Source: Candidatus Latescibacterota bacterium (GTDB lineage: Bacteria > Latescibacterota > UBA2968 > UBA8231). From it: 64,000 bases of DNA. Of this stretch, positions 55,988 through 64,000 are shown in pieces. Positions within the stretch are counted from its first letter, which is position 1; each line of letters starts with the position of its first letter. The notes under the pieces were generated by a model. The model worked only from the letters and a program-made list of their open reading frames with translations. It was not told the origin of the DNA and did no database searches. The DNA is taken from contig CBDCSU010000004.1 of the NCBI GenBank assembly GCA_965221775.1, positions 64,001 through 128,000 on the forward strand, read 5' to 3'. A program made the position numbers and the translations under genes.

Positions 55988-58900
55988 ATGACAACCAGGA
56001 CATCCCGGAAACCCTGGCACGAGGTCGTGCAACTGCGCGACGATCTGAAGACGGGAGAGCTGTCCCTCGCGGTCTTCGCCGCCGACCTCTACGACGTGGT
56101 GATGCAGAAGGGCCAGCGGCCGGTGTACGAGCAGCCCGCCGAGTTCTTCGCCCTCACCTTTCCCACCCTGAACCTGCGGGAGTTGGTCAAGGATGTCTGC
56201 CACCGGCTCGCCGGCCGCAGCGACAAGGCGTACCGGAAGCTCTCCGTCAACTACGGCGGCGGCAAGACCCACACGCTCATCGCCCTCAGGCACCTGGTCC
56301 ACGACCCGGCGGCGCTTCCCCCCCTGCCGGCGGTGCAGGAGTTCGAGGCCCACATCGGCTTCAGGCCTCCACAGTCCCGGGTGGCCGCCCTCTGTTTCGA
56401 CAAGATCGACCTGGACAAGGGCGTCGAGACTCCGGGGCCGGACGGCGAGATCAGGATGCTCAGGCACCCGTGGAGCATCCTCGCCTTTCAGTTGGCGGGC
56501 CCCGATGGCCTGCGGCTCATCCACGCCGAGGGCGAGGACACGGAGCGCGATACTCCGCCGGCGGAGCCGCTGGTGGTGGAGCTGCTGTCCCGGCCGCAGA
56601 GGGACGGTCTCTCGACGCTGGTGTTGCTCGACGAGGTGCTGATGTATCTGCGGGTCCTGGCTGAGACCTCCTCCGAGTCACGTGGCCGTCTGTTGAGCTT
56701 CTTCCAGTACCTCACGCAGGCTGTGGTCAAGGTGGACCGCTGCGCCATGGTGGCCTCACTCCTCGCCTCCGACCCGAGAAGGCACGACGACCTCGGCAAC
56801 GAACTGCTGCGCGACGTCTCCGAGATCATCGTTCGGCAGGGGGAGGAGGGTGCCTACCCGGTGGGCAAGGAAGACGTGGCCGAGGTCCTGCGGCGCCGCT
56901 TCTTCACGCCCGAGTCGATTCGCGACCAGAACGCCTTCCGTCCTCACGTGACTTCCGCCGTGGGCAGCATCGCCGGTCTCGATGAGCAGACCGGAAGAGA
57001 GCGTGCCAGCGCCGAGGAGCGCTACCTCAACAGCTACCCCTTCCACCCGGATCTCACCGAGATCTTCTACAACCGCTGGACCCAGCTCGACGGCTTCCAG
57101 CGCACCCGCGGCATCCTCCGCACCTTCGCCATCGCCCTGCGCGACGCCTCCGAGTGGGACACCAGCCCGCTGGTGGGGCCGGGCGTCTTTCTGCGCGCCC
57201 CTGGGAAGGATGGCTTGGCCGAAGCGGCGGGCGACCTCGCTTCCTCTGCCAGCGTCGATTCCGATACCGGTCAGCCCCAGCAGTGGCGGCCGATCCTCGA
57301 AGGCGAGCTGGAGAAGGCGCGCACCATTCAGGACGAGTCGGCCGGCCTGGCACACCGGGAGGTGGAGCAAGCCGTGGTCTCCGTCTTCCTGTCCTCGCAG
57401 CCTATCGGCCACAAGGCGCAGTCCGGGGAGCTCATGGTCCTGCTCGGAGCGGGCCACCCGGACAGGATCGAGCTGGAGAAGGCCCTGCGGCGTTGGACGG
57501 AACAGTCCTGGTTCCTGGACGAGGCGGAGATCGCCACGGGCCAAACCGGCCAGGAGGGGGAACTGCCCAGGGCCTGGCGACTGGGCAACCGCCCCAACCT
57601 GCGCCAGATGCACCACGATGCCTGCAGCAACCGGGTGCCCCCATCACTGGTGGAGTCGCAGATCATCGACGCCATCGACAAGGAGAGGGCCCTCACTTCG
57701 GGCGCCTCCGCGGCCGGCGCCAAGGTGCACAACCTGCCGGAGAGACCGAGCGACATCGGTGATGACGGTGACTTCCACTACGCGGTCCTCGGGCCGCAGG
57801 CCGCCTCCGAGTCCGGCAAGCCGAGCACCCTGTCCAGGCGTTTCCTCGACGAGACCACTTCCAGGGACCGGCCCCGGGTCTACCGCAACGCAGTCGTACT
57901 CGCCGTGCCTTCCCGCGATGGTCTCGACGCGCTGCGCACCCGTGTCCGGGAGTACCTCGGCTGGGTGGAAGTTGGCGACCAGCTCAGTGGTCAGCCCATC
58001 GATCCGCTCCGGGAGCAGATGCTCGCAAGCGAGAGGGATTCGGCGAGGAAGCGAATTCCAGACGCTGTGCGGCAGGCGTACTCCGTCGTCGTCACCGTTG
58101 ACGAGAGCGACGCCGTTCACGCCTTCAAGGTCGTCGTCACCGGGGACCCTCTGTTCACGATCATCAAGGCGGACCAACGGGCCCGCATCCAGGAAACGGC
58201 TGTCAGCTCGGAGGCCATGTTGCCGGAGGGGCCCTACGACCTGTGGCGCGAGGGGGAGGACTCCCGCCGCGTAAAGGACTTGGTGGGCGCCTTCGCGCAG
58301 TTCCCCAAGCTGCCCAAGATGTTGCGGCCCAAAGAGGTTCTGGACACGGTGGTGGACGGGGTCCGGCAAGGGACCTGGGTGGCGCGGCTGGTGCGACCGG
58401 ACCGCACCGTCAGGACCTTCTGGCGCACGGAGGTCGACGAGGCGGCCCTGCAGGACCCGGCCCTGGAGGTGCTGCTGCCGCAGGCCGCCGAGTTGAGCGA
58501 CCTCGCCCCGGACCTGCTGGCGCACGAGAAGCTCCCGGGGCTCTGGTCGGGGGATGAGATCAGTGTGCAGGAGGTCTTCGACTACTTCGCCGGCGGACAC
58601 ACCGTGAGCTTGCCGCGGGAGGGGTACGACGAGATTCTGGTCATCCCGAAATGCGAGCCGGCTCATCTGGAATCGGCCATCTCGCAGGCCGTCGAGCAGG
58701 GGCAGGTGTGGTTGACGAGCGGGCCCGCCTCGATCCTCGACGAACCGGTGCCGGCGGGAGTCCTGAGCGCTGCCGCGAAGCTCAGGCCGCGGCCGGGACA
58801 GATCGAGGTTCCCGAGTTGATGGCCGTGTCGATCCCCGACGCCTGGAAGGATGGCAAGACCAACGCCCTTGCCCTTGCGACCGGCCTCTCCACGAAGCGA

Positions 58901-59305
58901 GGCGTCAGTCTTCCTTGGACCACGGTGCGATCGGCCATCGGGTCGGCCATCCGGGCGCGGTGGATCGAGTTGACAAAGGACAGCCCCGAATGGCCGTGCG
59001 ACTTTGCTGGCGCCCAGCACGTGATCTTTCAGGTCCCTGTCGACGAGGCTCGCGAGAAGGAGAAACCCCTCTACGGGTCGGGGAGCGGGTCCGGGTCTTC
59101 GCCATGTGCCGAGGCGGTTCTTGAGGCCGACCAGATCCAGGACTTGGCCGAACAAGTGCCGGAGCTGCTAAAGGCGGCCGTTGGAAGTGAGCTCAGGTTT
59201 ACGGTCCGCATTGAGGTGGGAGGAGCGGCCGCCCCCAGCCCGGAGGCGGTGCAGAAGATCAAAGATCTGCTTGCCGTGGTGTCGGAGAACCTGCGGCTTG
59301 ACTAG
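55988..59305 (+). CDS. DUF499 family AAA+ ATPase
   Basis: KPWHEVVQLRDD..FAADL, EFFALTFPT, NYGGGKTHTLIAL, LLDEV, YPFHP, FQRTRGILR. Confidence 0.92.
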   Translation: MTTRTSRKPWHEVVQLRDDLKTGELSLAVFAADLYDVVMQKGQRPVYEQPAEFFALTFPTLNLRELVKDVCHRLAGRSDKAYRKLSVNYGGGKTHTLIALRHLVHDPAALPPLPAVQEFEAHIGFRPPQSRVAALCFDKIDLDKGVETPGPDGEIRMLRHPWSILAFQLAGPDGLRLIHAEGEDTERDTPPAEPLVVELLSRPQRDGLSTLVLLDEVLMYLRVLAETSSESRGRLLSFFQYLTQAVVKVDRCAMVASLLASDPRRHDDLGNELLRDVSEIIVRQGEEGAYPVGKEDVAEVLRRRFFTPESIRDQNAFRPHVTSAVGSIAGLDEQTGRERASAEERYLNSYPFHPDLTEIFYNRWTQLDGFQRTRGILRTFAIALRDASEWDTSPLVGPGVFLRAPGKDGLAEAAGDLASSASVDSDTGQPQQWRPILEGELEKARTIQDESAGLAHREVEQAVVSVFLSSQPIGHKAQSGELMVLLGAGHPDRIELEKALRRWTEQSWFLDEAEIATGQTGQEGELPRAWRLGNRPNLRQMHHDACSNRVPPSLVESQIIDAIDKERALTSGASAAGAKVHNLPERPSDIGDDGDFHYAVLGPQAASESGKPSTLSRRFLDETTSRDRPRVYRNAVVLAVPSRDGLDALRTRVREYLGWVEVGDQLSGQPIDPLREQMLASERDSARKRIPDAVRQAYSVVVTVDESDAVHAFKVVVTGDPLFTIIKADQRARIQETAVSSEAMLPEGPYDLWREGEDSRRVKDLVGAFAQFPKLPKMLRPKEVLDTVVDGVRQGTWVARLVRPDRTVRTFWRTEVDEAALQDPALEVLLPQAAELSDLAPDLLAHEKLPGLWSGDEISVQEVFDYFAGGHTVSLPREGYDEILVIPKCEPAHLESAISQAVEQGQVWLTSGPASILDEPVPAGVLSAAAKLRPRPGQIEVPELMAVSIPDAWKDGKTNALALATGLSTKRGVSLPWTTVRSAIGSAIRARWIELTKDSPEWPCDFAGAQHVIFQVPVDEAREKEKPLYGSGSGSGSSPCAEAVLEADQIQDLAEQVPELLKAAVGSELRFTVRIEVGGAAAPSPEAVQKIKDLLAVVSENLRLD

Positions 59306-59400
59306 GAAGTTGGCCGAACCTGCGCCGTCTCCCGACCCGGAATCCCTTGTCCAGAAACGGGAGAACCCCGTAATTCTTCCCAATAGAGCACCTCGAAGAG

Positions 59401-59429
59401 CTGACGCGAGCCCATTTGTGGCCTATGCT
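59401..59429 (+). promoter_or_regulatory. Putative promoter of the terminal three-gene cassette
   Basis: CTGACG(59401)-N17-TATGCT(59424), 30 bp upstream of ATG 59460. Confidence 0.45.
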
Positions 59430-59459
59430 AACCTATCTTAGGGACTGCAAATCTCCACG

Positions 59460-59975
59460 ATGCTGGACTTGAATAGTCTTGGCAACGGCCTCCCGGCTAT
59501 CACACCAAGCTTCGGCATGGCCCTAGCGGAGGCCGGAAGCGTATGCCTGGAATCACAGAACCACGGGCAAGGTGTCCAACTTCGCGTCAGAGGATACAGT
59601 AACAGATGCTATCCTTTGACCTGGCCTCGAACTACTGAGCAGACCCGCAGATGCTGGAATGACCATGAGGATGCAACTGAACACGGCGCGATGGGTATCG
59701 CGGTTTTGCTGGCGCAGAAGGAGATCGGTTACACAGTGATTGAGCGTTCGCGGAAAGGTACTGGCTTTGACTACTGGATGGGGGACGTATCAGCTTTTCC
59801 TTTCCAAAGCAAGGCAAGGTTAGAAGTATCGGGAATCCGAGAAGGTAACGATCAGGAAGTGAGGGCAAGAGTACAGCAGAAGCTGAGACAGACAGACCGA
59901 TCTGACGGTGCCCTACCAGCTTTCGTAATCGTAGTCGAGTTCGGACAACCCCTTGCTGAGGTGCAAGAAAAATGA
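59460..59975 (+). CDS. Hypothetical protein, restriction-endonuclease-like (PD-(D/E)XK variant)
   Basis: ATEHGA..ERSRKGTGFDYW..ARLEVSG..QKLRQT pattern. Confidence 0.7.
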   Translation: MLDLNSLGNGLPAITPSFGMALAEAGSVCLESQNHGQGVQLRVRGYSNRCYPLTWPRTTEQTRRCWNDHEDATEHGAMGIAVLLAQKEIGYTVIERSRKGTGFDYWMGDVSAFPFQSKARLEVSGIREGNDQEVRARVQQKLRQTDRSDGALPAFVIVVEFGQPLAEVQEK

Positions 59976-60403
59976 GCGTAAACGACTCTCACAGTAAGGC
60001 CATGGACTTCGCCGAACGTGCCTTTGTTGCGCGCATACATGGTAAGCGAGAACAGGCTCACCAGTTGTCTGTTCAAGCATTGAAGTACGAACTTGCGGCG
60101 ATCGCCAAATTGGAAGCAGAGGGACGAATCGAACCAACCTACTCGGTACTGCACCGCAGTGCTGCGACGCTTGCATTGGACTGCAACCAGCCAGAAAAAG
60201 CTAAGGAAATCGCGACCCGAGCTCTCAACCAAGATCCACATCCGGAGATCGCCGTAGAGCTACATGAGCTTCTACTTCGTCTATCCTTGCCCTTGCTCTC
60301 ATCGCCGCAATTAAAGAGAAGATCTTGGGAACGAGGGATTCTCGCTATAGAAACAGACTCAGCACCGGACGAGGTGAAACTGACTTGTAGGATGGTAGCC
60401 TAA
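59972..60403 (+). CDS. Hypothetical helical/TPR-like protein
   Basis: HSKAMDFAE..EPTYSVLHRSAATLALDC..HPEIA.EL; ATGA overlap. Confidence 0.7.
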   Translation: MSVNDSHSKAMDFAERAFVARIHGKREQAHQLSVQALKYELAAIAKLEAEGRIEPTYSVLHRSAATLALDCNQPEKAKEIATRALNQDPHPEIAVELHELLLRLSLPLLSSPQLKRRSWERGILAIETDSAPDEVKLTCRMVA

Positions 60404-61185
60404 TGTATCTCACCGCACAGCGGGTTGTACGAATAAAGGATGAGACAACCGAGGTGGGCATCAATGTCTTCTTGTATCAACACCGCGAGTACAACCTCCC
60501 GCCAAATGTGCAACTTCCTACCGAAGGGATCATTGACTGGATCATCGATGAATCTCCGGGAACACTCATTGCAGAATCTGTGGACTTGGTTCCGATTGGC
60601 AATCAAGTCCTCAGCTTTGTCGATATTGTTGGAAGGGAAACTATTGGAAAGGAGTTTATCCAGAACTTTCTCGATCAGGTAGAAGGCGATATTGCAGAGA
60701 GACATGCACCCGTTGCAAGAATCACTCCAGCACGCGATTTCGCCGTTAGATTCAAGTTCATTGATGAATTGCAGGGGAATGAGGTGAGAGAGTATAAGGC
60801 CCTTATGGAGCGAGCCATGGATCTGTTCGAGTCTCGTAGCCCTCCCAAGTGGCGTTCTGAAGAGCCTTGGATAGAGATCATCCGTACTATTACTGATGAG
60901 AAGTCAGTCTTCAGGGTATCACCGGCAACTGCGAGGAAACTCCAACAGATTCATGGCAAAACCTGGTCTGTGAAGAGAATCTCAGTAGATCATCAGACAG
61001 AGAACCTTGTTAAGGCCATGTATGGCGATCTGATACGGCACATTGTCCCAACTTTGACCAACTTAACTCTCGAACAGATTGAGGCACAAGGCGGATTGAT
61101 TCTCTGCGACTCGTCGGACAATAGAAAGATCAAGTGGCCCCGGACCAAGGGAACTATAGGCCAAGCGGCCTCACGCATCCCATGA
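60403..61185 (+). CDS. Hypothetical protein (260 aa)
   Basis: TAATG overlap with the upstream stop; long ORF in low-GC DNA; no family recognised. Confidence 0.7.
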   Translation: MYLTAQRVVRIKDETTEVGINVFLYQHREYNLPPNVQLPTEGIIDWIIDESPGTLIAESVDLVPIGNQVLSFVDIVGRETIGKEFIQNFLDQVEGDIAERHAPVARITPARDFAVRFKFIDELQGNEVREYKALMERAMDLFESRSPPKWRSEEPWIEIIRTITDEKSVFRVSPATARKLQQIHGKTWSVKRISVDHQTENLVKAMYGDLIRHIVPTLTNLTLEQIEAQGGLILCDSSDNRKIKWPRTKGTIGQAASRIP

Positions 61186-61256
61186 CCCAAATCGACCCCC
61201 AAGACACCAAAAGAGCTTCGACCGCCTGTTGGACATTCTAGTGAGCAGGTTCCCCC

Positions 61257-62114
61257 TCACCCCTTCAGCGCCCCCACCGTAATCCCCTTCGTCAGATACT
61301 GCTGCAAAAAGGCGTAGACCAGCATGGTCGGCGCCATGATCAGCACCAAGCCCGCGAAAGCCATGCCCCAGTCGCTGCGGTACTGGCTGACGATGGTGAT
61401 GTTGGCCAGGCCCAGGGGCAGGGTGCGCAGCTCCTGGGATCCCTCTCCCGAGAGGAACATGAAGGCCATGAAGAACTCGTTCCACGTGCCCAGGAAGGAG
61501 AAGATGCCCACCGTGATCAGGCCGGGGCGGGCCAGGGGCAGCATGATCGACCAGAAGGCGCGGAACTCGCCGGCGCCGTCCATCAGCGCCGACTCGTGCA
61601 GGCTCGAGGGCAGGGACTTGAAGAAGCCGGTGAGGATGAAGATGGCGAAGGGCATGCCGAAGGCGACGTAGACGATGAGGAGGCCGAGGCGCGAGTTGAG
61701 CAGGCCGAAGTCCTTCATCTGGAAGAACAGGGGCACGATCGACAGCTGCAGGGGAATCATGAGTCCGGCGAGGAAGTAGAAGAACAGGGGGCGCACGCCG
61801 GGGAAGGTGAAGCGCGCCAGGGCGTAGGCGGCCATCGCCGCCAGCAGCATCGACGCCGCCACCGTGGTCACCGTGAGCAGGACGCTGTTGAAGAAGTAGT
61901 CGCCGAAGAATCCCTTGGTCCAGGCGTTGGTGAAGTTGACCCACTGCAGGTCGCCGAGCTCGGGCAGGCTGAAGGGGTCGAGGAAGATCTCGCGGTCCGT
62001 CTTCAGCGACGTGTAGAGCAGCCACAGCATGGGATAGACGACGATCGCCAGGTAGCTGAAGAGGGCCGAGTAGAGGAAGGGCTTGATCAGGGCGTTGGTG
62101 CGCCGTTCGGCCAT
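61257..62114 (-). CDS. Carbohydrate ABC transporter permease (MalG-like)
   Basis: EAA loop ESALMDGAGEFRAFWSIMLPLARP; WNEF; GITVGALKG. Confidence 0.95.
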   Translation of the reverse strand: MAERRTNALIKPFLYSALFSYLAIVVYPMLWLLYTSLKTDREIFLDPFSLPELGDLQWVNFTNAWTKGFFGDYFFNSVLLTVTTVAASMLLAAMAAYALARFTFPGVRPLFFYFLAGLMIPLQLSIVPLFFQMKDFGLLNSRLGLLIVYVAFGMPFAIFILTGFFKSLPSSLHESALMDGAGEFRAFWSIMLPLARPGLITVGIFSFLGTWNEFFMAFMFLSGEGSQELRTLPLGLANITIVSQYRSDWGMAFAGLVLIMAPTMLVYAFLQQYLTKGITVGALKG

Positions 62115-62117
62115 CGC

Positions 62118-64000
62118 TCAGAACTCCACGGCTTCGCGCTTCATGGCGCGCAGGGTGGCGGTGGTGCCGAAGAACACGATCAGGAAGAGGAGAACGGCGA
62201 TCGCCGTCGCCTCTCCCACCTTGAACTCGGTGAACATGGCCTGCACCATCCTCGTGCCGATGACGTGGTTGTCGGTGGTGGGCCGCTGGTTGGTGAGCAG
62301 CCAGATCACCTCGAAGGCCTTCATGCCGCCGATGATCATGAAGACGATGGAGATCGACAGCACTTCCCAGATGAGGGGAATGGTGATCGACCGGAACTGG
62401 CGCCAGGCGGAGGCGCCGTCGATGTCGGCGGCCTCGTACATGGTCTGGGGGATGCTCTCCATGGCCGCCAGGAAGAGGATCATGTTGAAGCCGGCGGCGC
62501 CCCAGATCGACATGGGGATGAGCGCCCAGTAGAGGTTGTCCTGGGCGAGCCAGGCGAAGCCGGCGAACTGGTCGAAGCCGATGGCGGTGAGGACCGTGTT
62601 CACCGGGCCGCCCTGGGGGTTGTAGAGGTGCATCCACAACAGGGTGGCAGCCACCCCGCCGAGGATGTTGGGGAAGAAGAAGGCGATGCGGAAGAGCTTG
62701 GCCCCCACCACGCCGCGGCTGATGCAGACCGCCAGGAACAGCGACAGGGGCAGCACGCACGCGGGGATGACGAACATGATGAAGAGGTTGTTCGACAGGG
62801 CGACCCAGAACTCGTCGCTCTCGAAGAGCAGGCGGTGGAAGTGGAGCAGCCCCACGAAGGACATCTCGGTGAGTCCGTCCCAGCGCATGGTGCTCCACAC
62901 GAAGGACTTGACACTCGGGACGATGACGAAGAGGGAGTAGAACACCGCCGCCGGCCCCACGAAGAAGGCAACGGCGCGCCAGCCCATGCGCACCGTGCTG
63001 TTGGGCTTCGGCGCCTCGCCGCCGCGCTTCGCCCGCCACTGGCGGACCGTGGTGTAGAGCCAGAAGCCCATGGCCAGCCCCAGCAACCCGATCAGCAGCG
63101 CCGGCTTCCACAGGTGGCGCACGGTGACGTCGTCGGGGTGGGTGGCGCGGTTGCGCACGGCCACCGCCGCCGACTCCAGCTCCCGGGCTCCCTCCTGGGG
63201 GGTGATCTCGCCGTTGACGATCTTGAAGCGCGTGTCGTTGAGGAACTGGTCCATCTCCGGGAAGCCCTCGCCGGGGGCGGTGCCGTAGGTCGTGGTCGCC
63301 CGCCGGGCCATGTCCACCAGGTCCTGCAGGTCGGCGCTGGTGCGGCCCTCCATCGACCCCTCGACGGCGACCAGGATGTCGCGCATCTCGGCGAAGGTGC
63401 CGGCCTGCTCCCGGGAGGTCATGAAGCGCAGGAAGTCGACGCCCAGCTCCGGGCGGGCGCTGTCGCGGAAGACGAAGTAGTAGCCGGCGCCGGTGTACAC
63501 GGCGTTGGGGTCGCCCACGCCGCCCTCCACGGCGGGGAAGTTGAACGCCCCCAGGCGGAAGCCCTCGGGGATCTTGCCGAGCATCTCGCTCTTCAGCCAC
63601 GAGCCGCAGAACACCATCGCCGTGTGGCCGAGGAAGAACTCGAGCTGCGCCTCGGTGTGGCTCATGCCGAGGGCGCCGGGCTGGAAGTAGTTCACGGCGG
63701 TGCGCTGGATCAGCCCGAGGGCGGTGACGAACTCGGGGTTGTCGAAGCTGCCCGGCAGCAGGTCCTTCTGCTCGTAGTAGCGGTCGCGCCCGGCCAGGTG
63801 GTAGTAGGCGTTGTCGGTGACGCCGCCGATGTAGCCGGGGTACCGCCCCTGGAAGGCGAGGGGCGCGATCCCGGCCTGCTGGATCGTCTCGCAGAGGGCG
63901 AAGAACTCGTCCCACGTCCGCGGCGGGGTCCAGCCGCGCTCCTCGAACATCCCCTTGTTGTACCAGATAGCGTAGATCGAGTAGAGGAAGGGGATGCCGT
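62118..64000 (-). CDS. Sugar-binding protein fused to a MalF-like permease; 5' end outside window
   Basis: Frame open to 64000 (GIPFLYSIYAIWYNKGMFE..PRTWDEF); SBP region continues in frame into TM segments with EAADIDGASAWRQFRSITIPL. Confidence 0.9.
   Translation of the reverse strand, partial: GIPFLYSIYAIWYNKGMFEERGWTPPRTWDEFFALCETIQQAGIAPLAFQGRYPGYIGGVTDNAYYHLAGRDRYYEQKDLLPGSFDNPEFVTALGLIQRTAVNYFQPGALGMSHTEAQLEFFLGHTAMVFCGSWLKSEMLGKIPEGFRLGAFNFPAVEGGVGDPNAVYTGAGYYFVFRDSARPELGVDFLRFMTSREQAGTFAEMRDILVAVEGSMEGRTSADLQDLVDMARRATTTYGTAPGEGFPEMDQFLNDTRFKIVNGEITPQEGARELESAAVAVRNRATHPDDVTVRHLWKPALLIGLLGLAMGFWLYTTVRQWRAKRGGEAPKPNSTVRMGWRAVAFFVGPAAVFYSLFVIVPSVKSFVWSTMRWDGLTEMSFVGLLHFHRLLFESDEFWVALSNNLFIMFVIPACVLPLSLFLAVCISRGVVGAKLFRIAFFFPNILGGVAATLLWMHLYNPQGGPVNTVLTAIGFDQFAGFAWLAQDNLYWALIPMSIWGAAGFNMILFLAAMESIPQTMYEAADIDGASAWRQFRSITIPLIWEVLSISIVFMIIGGMKAFEVIWLLTNQRPTTDNHVIGTRMVQAMFTEFKVGEATAIAVLLFLIVFFGTTATLRAMKREAVEF

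Larger units (their letters stand above)
38319..61185 (+). other. Defence island: SNF2-DUF3883 / DUF1156 / DUF499 restriction-like scaffold with inserted cargo
   Basis: About 16 co-oriented genes dominated by NTPases and nucleases, includes CBASS; patchwork of host-like and visibly lower GC segments; no integrase seen. Confidence 0.85.

Noticed and set aside
38319-61185. Calling the island a prophage, ICE, BREX or DISARM locus
   Set aside because: No integrase, structural or conjugation genes; no PglZ/BrxC or DrmA/DrmB signature genes recognised.
61171-63915. 914-aa minus-strand ORF over the sugar ABC genes
   Set aside because: Off-frame shadow of the two real permease frames.

Overview
High-GC bacterial chromosomal window with no rRNA, tRNA, CRISPR array, integrase or transposase recognisable by eye. 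The gene content (DUF6785-type membrane protein, many ankyrin-repeat proteins, PhyH dioxygenase, BNR/sialidase, GH32/GH127-like enzymes, stand-alone AAA ATPases) suggests a Latescibacterota/Poribacteria-like organism, possibly host-associated; this is inference only. Bases 1-38.2 kb hold ABC exporters, malate synthase, a ~2,100-aa internally duplicated sugar-binding/ankyrin/LamG protein, other ankyrin proteins, a ParE/Phd toxin-antitoxin pair and carbohydrate enzymes. Bases 38.3-61.2 kb form a co-oriented ~23-kb defence island. Its scaffold is a restriction-like trio: HTH-SNF2-DUF3883 helicase/nuclease, DUF1156 adenine methylase and DUF499 ATPase. Cargo fills the gaps between and after these genes: a RelE-like/UvrD-like fusion with a small partner, an AAA-PD-(D/E)XK protein, ABC-ATPase+PIN, a second ABC ATPase, a type I CBASS (CdnE-like+Cap15), a Schlafen-HATPase-TPR protein and an uncharacterised three-gene cassette. 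Relic gene ends show how some cargo was inserted. The window ends in a sugar ABC importer whose binding protein is fused to a permease. All family assignments come from motif recognition, not database searches.
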